Below, one piece after another: positions 47,773-60,667 of a stretch of 64,000 bases of DNA. The DNA is taken from positions 21,948,001-22,012,000 of the forward strand of contig NC_088853.1 in NCBI RefSeq assembly GCF_963853765.1, read 5' to 3'. Under the pieces are notes generated by a model. That model had not been told where the DNA came from. It made no database searches and was given only the letters and a program-made list of their open reading frames with translations. Source of the stretch: Magallana gigas. Its lineage: Eukaryota. A program made the position numbers and the translations under genes. Position 1 is the first letter of the stretch. Each line of letters begins with the position of its first letter.

Positions 47773-50691
47773 TCCCATGGTTCTTGAGAAGATGTTGAAA
47801 ATTTGAAAAGTTTACAGAAGACGGTCAAACGGACAGATGGACAGACAGACGGACGGACAGACAGACGGACGACAGACAAAATGTGATCAGAATAGCTCAC
47901 TTGAGCTTTCAGCTCAGGTGAACTAATAATAAATAAATGAAAAAACCCAATTGTATTGGTTGTCCCCCCCCCCCCCCATCTGTAAAAATATTGAATCCAG
48001 TGGCCTTTTTTACTCAAAAATACACATTTCTACTTAATACTGTTCGTGATAAAGATAAACGTCTATCACGGACAATGTTAAGTAAAATGCTGATATCCTC
48101 GATTTAAAACCAAATATGATAATAATTCTATCTGGGTTTGTTTTAAATTGATATGTCAATTTTTCAAAAATCAATGAACCGGTATTAACTATCCAACTCG
48201 TGTTAAAAGATTTAAAAAGAAAGTAACCAAATAGGATTTCGTTGCTTTTCTGTTAAGCATTTATCCACTAATACGTTCATTAACTTTGTAACATTGTATT
48301 TTTTTTTATTCATTAGTTCTAATGTTCAGTTGAAATTATTCGATATTTTGTTAAAATGTACAACGTTTTAATTTTTTTAATTTAATTTGTTTTTAAAACA
48401 GTTAAAAAAAATATTTTGTGACCCCAAAGAATAAAGTTATACGAGCGACCTATTCAGTAATCTATGAAATTTAAAAAGATAAAAATCATGAATCAATTCT
48501 GTTTATATTCTTTACACAACAACTGATTTTCTGAAGATAAGCTGTTCTTATTCCCTAAACTGAAAGCCAACTGAAAGTTATTTAAGGATTTGAGAGTCTA
48601 AATACGGGTGACTGAATTGCCAACTTTTGCCACAAGGTCTCCTGTTAGTCATTTTTTCAGGTTTTAATCTCGTTTTACATGTAAGGTACTTACTGAGTAT
48701 AATTCTATGTTTTTATTTCATTATCAGGCAGTGGCTCTTGAGTCAGCAGAATTCGGTGTAACATGTAACGCCATTTGTCCTTCAACAGTTAATACTCCTC
48801 GTAAGTATTCTCAATTCTTTTTAAAAATCAATTTCGCGCATAATTTATTGCAAGCGCTGTAATTTAACAAATGAGGGTATTTGCTTGACAAAAATATTCC
48901 AGAAAAACCTTTGAGTCCAATTAACTTTAGCTTTATTTAAACGGAAAATAATGTTAAGTACAATTTTAATGATTTTAAAGTCTTAACTTTAAGCATATCT
49001 TATTTAAGCTTCGTTTACAAAGCAGACCTTAAATACAAGAACGACGAATAATTGCCGTGGACACTAGAGAATTCGCGTAAAAGATTTCGGAAATTATATA
49101 TAAATCATATTTATATCTCAGTTTATGTGTTAAATTTAATTATGAGAAAAAAAGACTTCAACATTTAAAAGAAATATATTTACAGCATACAGGGAAAAAC
49201 AATTTTATCATGACTATCAAGCAAATATATCCATTTTTTAAATGTCGAAAACTAAAGGTCGCAACGTTCAAGGCTTTGTTTCCACAATCGTGAAGGGCAA
49301 GTTGTATATAGACAGTTCGTGCGTTGATGCAGACATTTATCTGGGAAATAGTAAAATTCGAGGAAAACATTGTTTTCCGGGGTAGAGGTTCTGTTTTTGA
49401 AGTTTTACCCTGTTTAATTAGATTCTTGCACTTTGATTCGTCTGTAGTGTAAAATACATTAAGTATATGTGTATGTGTATAAGTATAATGATTGTTCCGA
49501 AAGTGACCTTTTATTGTTGTGTGCACAGCATGAGTGTTGATCGAGCATGTGATCAACAGCCGAAGACAAGCTAAATTGTTGACCAATTGATTTATATGTA
49601 TTCAATTTGTTTTATTATTATGTGTGGATAAAATATAAAGCTGTAATGTATTTTGCACATTAATTTTAAGACCTAAAAAGCACGTAGTAAAAAATAAATG
49701 TATATAGTATATAGTACAAATACAACATAAATAATCACTTTTATTTTATTACTAATGAACGGTCTTAAACGCTACGAGCAATAAAAATGAGGAAATGGAA
49801 GAATTACTTCATTTCCCACGCATAATTTAATTGGGATCACCTGTGCCGTTTAGAAAAATTATGAATAAGCTATTGAACAAATCCAAATCCTATCAAGTAA
49901 ACACTTTATTCACTCAAATTCAAGTTCTACATGATCTAAAAAATTACGAGCTAAAAAGACCTATATTTCGATGGAATTGGTTAAATACCCACGACACACT
50001 TCACATAAAAAATCATGTTATTTCCTGCACGTTATCGCGAGTGCGCTTTGGGGAAAAGGATAACATCATACAATAAAAGTTGACGTAAAGTTACTGTAAC
50101 GTCACAATGATCGATGAGGCGCAGAGTTAATAAATAAACATACTGTGGCGATACTTGCATAAATCTCACAGGATGAAGCTCTGCCATTCAGTCAACTGAA
50201 TGTTAACTGAATGGTCTGGAAAGGTGACTGAATGGTACAGCTAAGCCATTCAGTTTCTTTCAGTTAACTCTCAGTCACATTTCAATTGACTGAATGGCAG
50301 AGATTCATCCGGTGTCTTCACCATATGAATTGTTTTACAAAATCTAAAAAGAGGTGTTTTGATTTTATTTTAGTTGTAACGAAGATGATAAAAGATTTTC
50401 AGAAGACCTCTACCAAAAGCTTTGACGAAATAAAAGTAAGAATTGCCTTATTTATTTCCGACGGATATGATCAAATGAATCCTCTTCATGAATATTGTTT
50501 CTTAGTAAGTTGGAGATCGTTTCCAGCAGAGACTATTTAAATGGTGAAATAATATTTTTGACTTATAGTTAAATTATTCTTAATGTGTGTTACGTAGGTA
50601 ATTTATGTTATCATAAAATTTCTTTAAGGAGGAATATCTACAGTGTCTGCCTACAAAACGGTTCACAGAGGCTAGCCAGGTAGTAATATAC

Positions 50692-50787
<96 letters not shown>

Positions 50788-51275
50788 CGGGGTGGTCGTG
50801 GCCATTTTTTAACCGTGTTCGTTACCTTTAGAAATATATCTCTCTATAATTATATAATGAATTACCACATTCAAAAAGCTTAAAGCAAATATCATTTTGT
50901 ATGATTACAAATGATACCCAAACGTGAAAGAATTTATGGGTTTTATTTGTAAATAAATGATCTGTTTTGTTTTGAATATCACTTTAATCAAATTGCTTCT
51001 ACGTACAATTCGTGCAGATAATATCTATCTATATACATTTTAGAAGAAAATGTTTTATTTGACTTTGAATAATAGATATATTCCAAGTACTGGTGCATTT
51101 TAAAAAGTTAAGACAACTTTTTTTCAGACTATACTTGTTTAGCAAACAAAATACTTTTTTATTTCTTTTTTTTGCATTGTAGATAGCTGATTTGGTTGTA
51201 TTCCTTTGCTCCCCTGCTGGAAACAATATAACAGGCACAGCGATACCTGTGGATGGGGGCTACACAACATCATAA
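45170..51275 (+). CDS. Classical short-chain dehydrogenase/reductase, D-3-hydroxybutyrate dehydrogenase-like, 8 coding exons (~257 aa; end of exon 2 lies in an N gap)
   Basis: Exons 45170-45327 (MALEGKTALVTGFAGAIG...GID), 45427-gap (VDIIVN), 45856-45978 (WDEDIGINLTAPF), 46301-46404 (GWGRIINISS...YVASK), 48728-48800 (GVTCNAICPSTVNTP), 50374-50435, 50629-50679, 51183-51275 (FLCSPAGNNITGTAIPVDGGY*). GT-AG throughout with consistent phases. Confidence 0.9.
46500..47926 (+). mobile_element. Non-autonomous Helentron-type element (HINE) with a ~165-bp satellite core (about 4.7 units), in SDR intron 4
   Basis: 5' acaagtggcccatggg...gctcacctgag (46523-46533); 3' hairpin gctcacttgagc-tttca-gctcaggtgaac (47895-47923) inverted to the 5' motif; (GACG/GACA)n at 47821-47877; core units at ~46911, 47076, 47240, 47405, 47569. 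Resembles the oyster Cg170-type satellite carried by Helentron non-autonomous elements. Confidence 0.88.
50167..50314. mobile_element. 148-bp CAC-ended MITE with 3-bp TSD (CMC/CACTA-like)
   Basis: tct|CACAGGATGAAGCTCTGCCATTCAGTCAA ... TTGACTGAATGGCAGAGATTCATCCGGTG|tct (27/29 TIR match); interior filled with (A)CTGAA(TGG)/CCATTCAG motifs in both orientations. Confidence 0.78.
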
Positions 51276-52153
51276 AATCTAAAACAAAAATGGCTGTCAA
51301 AGTTACTTCTATTATAATCCAAACACAACCTTATTGTTATGATTTACGAATGTGTCAAATAAACACTGTCTATTCTCTTAATTTTCCAAGGAAACATCTC
51401 GACTTTCACTTCCAACGAAGCAATTTACTGGGTAGTTAAATAATAATTATAAAAGAAAGTTTTAATGATGCTACCATTTAAAACATAATTGAAATGTAAC
51501 ATGATTAATTAATAAGAGCGGTAAAGGAAGAAGGAAATTCATTGTACTCACGTACATAATATATATACTTGAATATGCCGAGGAAAACACGTTCGTTCCT
51601 AAAAAAATATATTTCCTTACATAAACACGTATCATTCCAATTTTATGTTCATTATAAAATGTTGCGTTAAAAAATATACTATTAGTATTCAATGAAAACC
51701 TTGAACACAATCTTAGTCATGTTTTTATATTTAGTGATAAACCGTTAATAAGATAAAACTACTATTTTGTCAACTGAATGTAACATACTTAAAGTCATGC
51801 AAGGTGACTGAATCAGAAACCGTTGCTATACCGTTTCAATTTACTTATCTACAAGTCTATTTTCATTTTTTTATGGCGAGATTTCATTCTTGGCTGAGTG
51901 CTATTGATTTAATCTTTCCTAATCTATTTTTTCTTCTTCAATTTACGCCTTTAATATCTGTAAACGGTACATTCGTGTAAAATATGTTATTCAATACTAA
52001 ACCAAACAAAATAAAACACAACAAAAGAAATAAATTAGAAAAAAGTGTTTGTTTCCCAGTAGGTCTGATTAAAAACAAAATGGATATCCGAAAAAAAAAA
52101 TTCCCCTTAAAATATTTTATGTGTTAATTTTGTAATGATCTGTTTATTTTTAA

Positions 52154-52246
52154 ATTGCTTAATTAGCAGTGTTTTTAAGCTCACCAGCTGAAAACAACAT
52201 GACAGGCGCAGTGATCCCTATTGATGGGGGCTTCACAGCGGCCTGA
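52154..52246 (+). pseudogene. Orphan, dead copy of the SDR terminal exon
   Basis: IA*LAVFLSSPAENNMTGAVIPIDGGFTAA* aligns codon for codon (31 codons) with 51183-51275. The acceptor AG has become AA and codon 3 is TAA. Confidence 0.85.
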
Positions 52247-52495
52247 AACAAAAGAAACATTAGAAATTCGATGCAATTCATAAAAATTCTTTATTATACC
52301 AGTTAGAAAATTAAAATTTCCACTAAACTTAAATAAGGAAAATTTATGATTAATATTCAGAAACTGCGGAAACAACAGTAAGTAAAATTGTCAGAACATA
52401 ATAGTTAAAAAAGTTATGTATAAAAAATTATCAAAACACATTTTTGAATCATTTTTAAGGATATTCAATTGGCAGAGAGAGAGAGCGAGAGACAC

Positions 52496-52539
<44 letters not shown>

Positions 52540-52844
52540 ACCGGTATGTGTGTGTTCACAATGTACAGGTTTTTCAATAAAAGTTGAACTATAACTGATT
52601 TTTACAATTATTTCAAGAGCTCTGCATACCATATTGTGATTTCCTGATTATTTTTGTCGGATTGTATTACAGTCAAGCGTCAGTAATTAGCAAGTGCTTC
52701 CTTGTTTTACTAAAACCTATATAAAGTTTCGTATTTAATGACCGAGAACTTTATATCACTAAAAAATAACCGCCAAATGTAGGCGTGTTAATTTGTTAAG
52801 AGGAAAAACATGAATTTACAGTGTTCATCAACATATTTGAAAAA

Positions 52845-55800
52845 ATGAAACCGACTTCGTTTTATGTATTTCTATTACTTGTTCTACTAGAAAGATCAAA
52901 AGGTAAGTTTTATATTTATTGATATTTTTTTTTTAAAGTTAAATACTTATTAATCATATCTGTATTAAAACAAGTTGCAACTGCATTTAATCAAATTAAT
53001 ATGCGTATACTTATACGGTAGTTTCTTATATTCTTAAAACTTCTCTCAATTTGTTGAAAATATTGAGTTATTAAAAAAAAAATTGCTATGTTAAAAAAGT
53101 TTACTACTTTGAAATTATTTTTCTTTATAAATCAAGTTTCGACTGAATCAAAGAAGTCTAAGCTATATATTGTACTTTTGAATATTATTTAAACATCGTT
53201 TTGATTTGTTTTAATTCTTGGGTTAACAAAACAATTAAATCCAGAGGTTAGTGTTGTTCTATATCATTAACAACAATATAATCAATTTCATTTTGACCGT
53301 GAGAGTAATCCCTTTGCTACTCATTGTTTTTGTTGATACCCTCTGCGATAGATCAACATTTTAAAAGAATGACTGTTCCATTCTTATAAAATTAAATATC
53401 TAAATAGCTTCTTGCCATTTGATAAAACATGTATGTAATATATTGATAGTAAGACTATTTTAATGAACGGTGTGAACTAAACCTGTTCCAATTGATCGTG
53501 TTTATCATAACTTCTCTTTAGGTAATTTTTTACATTACAGTCTTTTGTTTTTCAGTTTATAATCATAATTTCAGTTATTTTTGTTCCAGTGTTTAATTGA
53601 AAAACAAACTTATTTTATTAATGATTTCTTTAAAAAAATTGTATATATTTTTTGCAAAGGTGACATTAATCTTTATTAGATTAAAAAGACCTAAATTCAA
53701 AATAGTAAAATTTTGTAATTGTTTTTTAATTACCAAATACAATTTTATATATACATTTGTAAACGTATTAAACAATGGAAAAAAAATGGTTTTTTTTAAT
53801 ATCGTTTCCAACATAATGGAAAAACACCGCTAAAAACCAACAACAAAATACAAATTAAATTCAATTTAAAACTTTTACAGGACAATCATTTGAGATAAAA
53901 TCCCATTTTATGAATGGAGATATGATGTTCACATGGTCACATGCGTCTAAATATCATGACGTAAGCGTGACGTGTGACGGACGTCACTTGGGATTCACGA
54001 GAGTTTATGATAATAAATTCGTCCTTAAAGATATCCTTAACTACAATATTGTCAAGGTTCTTGTTCGTGCCACGATTCGCTATACATACGTCGAAAGTAG
54101 GATGACTTTTCATCGTAAGTGTTTTCATGTCATTTTCTTCGTTATTGAAAATACCTCTATCAGCTTAACTTGAAACGTAGAAAAATGACATTGTAAAATT
54201 ATAATTTAATCAGAAATACGTATACCAAAGACACTATTTTGATATTTTCAAAATTCAGAATCAGTGTTAGAAGTGACAGAAGGAAGCAACGTGACTTTGT
54301 ACATACCAATCCCAACCAAAGCTAAAACGTTGTTTCAGCTGACAGATTCTGGTGCTAGCATACTTCGTTACGCTGTGTCTGCAGAAGATTTAGCAACCTC
54401 ATCCAGGTTGTTTACATTTGTCTTATCAAATGTTGCAGCGACTGATGCGGGCTACTACGCATTAGGATACGATGTTCAATCTTTTAGAACAAACCATGGA
54501 GTCGTGCTTGTAGTCAATGGTAATGATAATAAACTTTGTACTTTGTCTTATTACATATATAAAAGATTAAGCACAGGTGCCTTTATTATTTTATATCAAA
54601 AAATATTTGTGTTTAATAAAAGTATACTTACTCCGATATGTGTTGGCAAAGTTAAACAAAATGTCAACAATTTCAACTTTCATTTTTTTAGTCATGCAAG
54701 CACATTAAAAGGGGGGGGGGGGGGTCGACAAAAGTTGGGGAAAAGAGTGAAAGGTTCAAATTGCATGGAGACAACAAAAACTGGCGGGTTTTAAGATTAA
54801 ATTCCAGATATATGGTTGGAAAAAAGTAACCATCAGCTAACTATATGCTTTTTTTAAAAATAATGTATTAAAACACTTTTTTTTATTCTCAGTCCTTATT
54901 TATGTCTATATTTCTGTCTGTAAATCATTATATAAAACTAAACATATTTTTATACACGAATTACTGTGAAGTCCAGCGCATCCGGAAAATGAAAGGTGCC
55001 CTGAAGTGCAATACCTAAAACGTTCTTCTATGATAATTTGTCGGGAATATACATATTTTTCAAACCAATCTTTTAACTAGAACCAGGAAGTACATTGACC
55101 ACTAATATTAATGAAACTATTATAACATTTTAACATATTTTTGAACAATTAGTGAACACTTTGTTTTTTGCTTTGAAATTATTCTACAATACTTGGATTG
55201 GATTTATGATTATTGTGGTCTGTGTATACAATACTCATTTGTTTTTAAATTTTATTTTCGTTTCAACATTTACATTTATTGCAGTTTAATTTTCAGCTTT
55301 GCCAGAAAATCCAAAAATCACAGGAATACGAAATGTACCTATTGGTCAATCAACAATACTCAAATGTCATAGCATATCGCGGTCGAGGCCACTTTACTTT
55401 AAAACATTTCCCGCCATCGTTTATACGTGGGTGGTGAACAATACAGTCGCCCAGTCTGATAGCCAGACACTGACCATGAACGTTACTTCCTATACGTATG
55501 TCCAATGCCAGGCTAGAGAGCAGTTGACATCAATTAGTGACTTTGCTTACATGCAACCTCTATGTAAGTAAATAATTCATGTACAAACACCGGGACAAAA
55601 AGTCATTAATCACTTTCATATGTCAAAAAAGTATATTCTTGAAAATGCACTTTTACTCCATAAATCATTTGGTTTTTAAAAATTGGTTTATTTCATTTAA
55701 AATCTTGTACATTATTAATGTATACAGATGGTCCGGAAGCTGTGACGATGACTCCCGATTTCAACACAAGTGTAAAGTTGCATAATGGTGCAAGCTTTGG

Positions 55801-57465
55801 ACCTGTATCCTGCATGGCAGACTGCAATCCGCCTTGTACATTCCAATGGAGAAAAGTGGATTTGGACGGGACAATCGACGAAGTTATAACAACAGCAAAT
55901 TTACCAAGACAGACTGTTAATAGCACGGAACCTCTGAAATACCAGTGTGTGGCAATTGGTGATTACAAAAACAATCGTGGTTCAAATACAGTCTCAACGG
56001 AAATTAACATAGATGTGCAATGTAAGAGTGTTATAATTCAATTTTGGTTGTAAAGTGCTTTCTGATTGGCTAAAAAAATATCTTATATCGTATAAAGCAT
56101 GTTGCCTACGTCATGTTAGACTAACGTCAAAAACATATCAATCCGCCTGACGTTACGGTTGTATCTTAAATAATTTGACCTCATTTTAAAGGTCAAAAAT
56201 TGGAGTGAATTGGTAAAATATTGTTACTGTGTTAAATAAGACAAATACGATAATTTAACAAAAATAATAGCCATAAGAAACGTTTTCTTTTTTCATGTAT
56301 ACATTGTATTGTTATTTGACACAAACCAGATTCCTTACATCAATCGTTTAATTAAAAACTTTGTGACCTGAAAAACTTCCATCCAACCAAAACTTTGTGA
56401 TAAATAATTAAATATATCTCAATTTTCTCTGAATCAATGAAGCATTTGATTTTACTTAAAGATCTTGCTAAACCGACCATTCTCGGAATCATAAACGGGA
56501 ACATAATCACAGAAAATATCATACAAGCCGAGGAGGGAGCGACTGCTGTAATTCAATGTTCGTGTGCAGGCAATCCCAAGCCCAAGGTTTATATAACCGG
56601 TAATGATGAGAAAGGAGACAATTCATGGTTACCAGGGACAAAAACTGAATCTATGTATAGTTATCATAAACTGAAGTGTGAACACACGAAAGAGTATACT
56701 TGTGATGCTTATAATGACCAACTCAATCATACCTCAAGTTCAATTCGTCTGTTGGTAGAATGTAAGTAATACTTCATCTTCTTGGCAGTTTGGCATACAA
56801 AATCGTTATCCCCGTTTCATGCATAGGAAAGTCGTAAAATTCTAAGCAAGATGCATGTAAACAAAAGCAACGACTTTGTTTTGATAATATGTTAAACACT
56901 GAATATATGGTTCAATATTGGTATAAAAATACAGTGGACATTGCTTATGTATGTTTATAACAAATCAGTAAGAAAGGAAAAAAAGTGAGAACAAAAGAAA
57001 GAAAGAAAGGAATTGCTTTAAATATATCCTGTACTTCTAAAACAAACGTTTTCAAACAATGTGTGCTCGGTATCTTTCATATAACTTGACAACTTGTAAA
57101 TACATTTTGACCGTAACGAAAATACAGTTTTATTTTTTTGAGGAATTATTTTTTCAAGGCTCTCCAAGGTTAGACGTTAATACAACGTTCTCTCTGCATT
57201 ATCAAGAAAACATCGATGGGTATGTTGTTTTAAAAGTTCCGTTGATCTCGTACCCAACGCCAAAAGACGCCATTTGGTTTGGACCCAGGAGGGAACAATT
57301 TCAACTCGACACTGCCTCAACCATTAGCCAAGGGGACAAACCATACCAGTTTTGGATTCACTCTGAGATTCATATCATTAATAAATCCTCCTTTGGATAT
57401 TATAAACTCTTTGTCGAAGGGGAAGAAATTCTAACTATTATAATAGAAAACAAAGGTAAACCTAA

Positions 57466-57525
<60 letters not shown>

Positions 57526-58318
57526 TGTATATATTCCCATTTTATGTTACTGATGATTAAAAATGATTCTCTTATTTTATGGATTGTAAGCCTACACTTG
57601 TAAGGATATCCATAATTTTTATAATTGAACGAATAATGCCTCTTTAAACATATTATACAATTACTTTACAATGATAACAATAAATATAGGATGTAAACAA
57701 ATAGAAATAAACGGTCAAGTACATTTTATTTTGATATTGAACATAATTTTAAGTGCCCAATTTAGATATCGACATATTCAATTATCAAAACAGGAAATAA
57801 ACGTGTTTAATTTTAAAAACAACGACACGTCCACTTGTAAATACTATATTTTTGACTGAATCTAATAAATTTATATGTCATTAACATTTCAAAACCGTTT
57901 TTTATCAGACGGATTGCTTAATATTGTTTTGATGTTTTATAAAGAGTTTTATGCTGTGTTTTGATAATGTTGTCTATTCCAGAGTCTACAAGTTCCGGTT
58001 TAATGGCCTACTTATCGACTTTGCCGTTGTTGACACTTGTTACCTTTGCTCTTGGAGGAACCATATTATTGTTCTGCTTCATATCCACTCTCTGCTACAT
58101 CGGTAAAATAAATATTGCAAGCTTAGACTTCATTGAACATCGAAACAAAAATAAAATATTTGTTAATAGGATGCATTTAAAATGATATTGTGCTTTAAGA
58201 AGTACAGATAATGAAAGTTACATGCTATATAGAATATTACTGAATTCTTTTCTCCAAATCATAGTTTTTATAATAAATAAGTCAAAAAAATGGTTACATA
58301 TTCATACATCCATTCATT

Positions 58319-58402
<84 letters not shown>

Positions 58403-58976
58403 AAACTGACCTTTCAATGATAAAAATTGTCAAAATAAAGGAAGGAAATACAAAAGGAGACAAGGACATCACAATCGGAAGACGCCTGTTATTTCATCGG
58501 AACAGGAGACAGTACCAATGCAAAACGGGGCACAATCCTTTCAGAGATACACACTGATCCCCGGTCGTGGAGTTATTGAGGGCGACTACGAAACCATTGA
58601 CACTCCTGACGATAGCGCGTATCTTTCCGGTAACATATACGTTTTTTAATTTGGTGGTTATTATAGTAAATATTGTAATGAAAACGAGAAAAAAGTGCGT
58701 ATAATTGCGGAAGCTGTCAAAATGACTCAAAATATTTGTGCTGATTTGTTTCAAATATTCAGACTGGTTTTTTTTCTACTTTTTCGATAGTGTTTTATAA
58801 AGGAAATGAAATAAAGCACTCGCAAGACGGATCCTCTTTTAGTGAGAATACATCAGAAGCAGAGACATGCACATACGAGCTTGAGGGTCGCATCTATTAC
58901 TGCGCCACAGAGACATCCAACAGTTGTAAAGAAAAGTGTGAATATGAAAAACTTCCAACCACCTAGACGAACATAA
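52845..58976 (+). CDS. Type-I transmembrane immunoglobulin-superfamily receptor or adhesion protein (~710-717 aa, 10 coding exons)
   Basis: Signal-peptide exon 52845-52902 (MKPTSFYVFLLLVLLERSK). Six domain-sized phase-1 exons: 53881-54114, 54259-54519 (DAGYY), 55297-55563 (C..W..C), 55728-56021 (YGP..CMADCNPPCTFQW..YQC), 56462-56761 (CSCAGNPKP..YTC), 57159-57455. TM exon 57983-58102; cytoplasmic exon 58441-58629 (or 58618) with DYETI; last exon from 58843 with ambiguous frame. Confidence 0.85.
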
Positions 58977-59909
58977 AATGAATTTTCTATGTACGATTTT
59001 TGATTAAAATAAAAGATGGAAGTATGTAGGTACTTTGTGTGAAAACAAAAGAAGAGCAAGAATTTTTGTTTGTGTGGTTTTTTTGTTGTTGTTTTTTTTC
59101 TGTTTTTGTTTTTGTTTGTTTACCTCTATGCCATACAATTGTAAANNNNNNNNNNNNNNNNNNNNNNNNNNNNNNNNNNNNNNNNNNNNNNNNNNNNNNN
59201 NNNNNNNNNNNNNNNNNNNNNNNNNNNNNNNNNNNNNNNNNNNNNNNNNNNNNNNNNNNNNNNNNNNNNNNNNNNNNNNNNNNNNNNNNNNNNNNNNNNA
59301 TAATTTCGAACAATCAATTATTGTGCGTAAACAAAGCTTTTGTAATAGTTAAGTGATATTTAAGTAAATTTTAGTCCAATTTACTGAACAGAATAAATGC
59401 AGAGGTTGCTCGGTTTGCATTTACTGATTTAATCTCGGTTTTTCAGACCAAAAAAATGGTCACGGTGTATTGTTTGGACGGTGTGCATTTAACGTCCCAC
59501 ATTTTAGCCATTGAATAATAATTTAAATTTTCACACATTTTTCTATTGAATGTTAATTTGTACTTATACATATTGTTTGTCCTATACCGTTCTACAGATG
59601 TTTTTAATACTGCACGTTAATGCAATGGGATATTTGTTTTCTTCTCAACCAGATATTATCGATGTTATTGGACCGACGGCATACAGAAATTAATATTCAG
59701 TGTGTATATATATTCTAGTCGAAATATTAATGTTTAGAAATGTATGTGAGACATCGTTTAACAGTCACACTGTACGGTTTTAGACAGGTATATGAATAAT
59801 GAATATAACAGTCATAAGGTACAATTAAATGGACCTTTGTAAATATAAACGTAACACAACAAATATTGAGGGGTATTTTTCCCCAGCACGTTTAAAGACA
59901 TCTGAGTTG

Positions 59910-60018
59910 TGTCCTTTCTGATATATTTCATTTTATCAAATAAAATATACAACATGACTACTTTAAAGTAATCATGTTGTATATTTTATTTGATAAATGA
60001 AATATATCAGAAAGGACA
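59910..60018. repeat. 109-bp near-perfect loop-less palindrome
   Basis: tgtcctttctgatatatttcattttatcaaataaaatatacaacatga-c-tacttt|aaagta-a-tcatgttgtatattttatttgataaatgaaatatatcagaaaggaca; one mismatch and one 1-nt indel; centre between 59964 and 59965. Confidence 0.92.
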
Positions 60019-60667
60019 ATTGGGTAACTGGCACAAGCAGATTCATTTTATGCATTGTAAGATTTGGCTCATATTTCAACTTGCATTTTATATACCTGCT
60101 ACTTGCGCTTTAGATTTGAATGCTTATATTTACAATGAATGCCAAAAAATAAAATTTTAAAAGTGCTTCAGGTTTTTGCTGCATATAAATGTATGTATGT
60201 AGACTTACACAACTTTTTCCAAATGATATAAACGTTTTCTGGTTTTTTTTTATCATTTTTTGTCAAGTGTTATCCGTATCACATCTAGGTGTAACATAAT
60301 TTCAGATAGGAGTTTTAACTTATTTCCGTATGTCTTCGTGATCTTGCGGGTTTTTACTGTTAACATCTAGGTTGGAATTATAAAAGCGTATTTAAGAGAG
60401 AACTGCTGAATTTAAGGGGTTGATCACTGCACTGATGTATCAACATACCGAATTTAACAAGAGACAAGAAAATATGAGAATTTGAGCGGATTATATTCAA
60501 GTTTTAAATAAAAACAGATGATCATTTTAGCTATTCTTTAATCAAACGTTCACAGATTAGTGTGTCGGTGTTTCGTTTGTGTCATCAGGCCGTGAGATAA
60601 AGTTTTCTATTTCCACTAACGCTTACAGATAAGTGTATTGGTATTTCGTTATCTAATAAACCCTTAA

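Noticed and set aside
49158-49586. 142-aa minus-strand ORF inside SDR intron 5
   Set aside because: TTG-started, no recognisable motif or splice support; likely chance or a transposon remnant.
13420-59356. ORFs containing X runs (13420, 23872, 45525, 58987-59356)
   Set aside because: Artefacts of translating N gaps.
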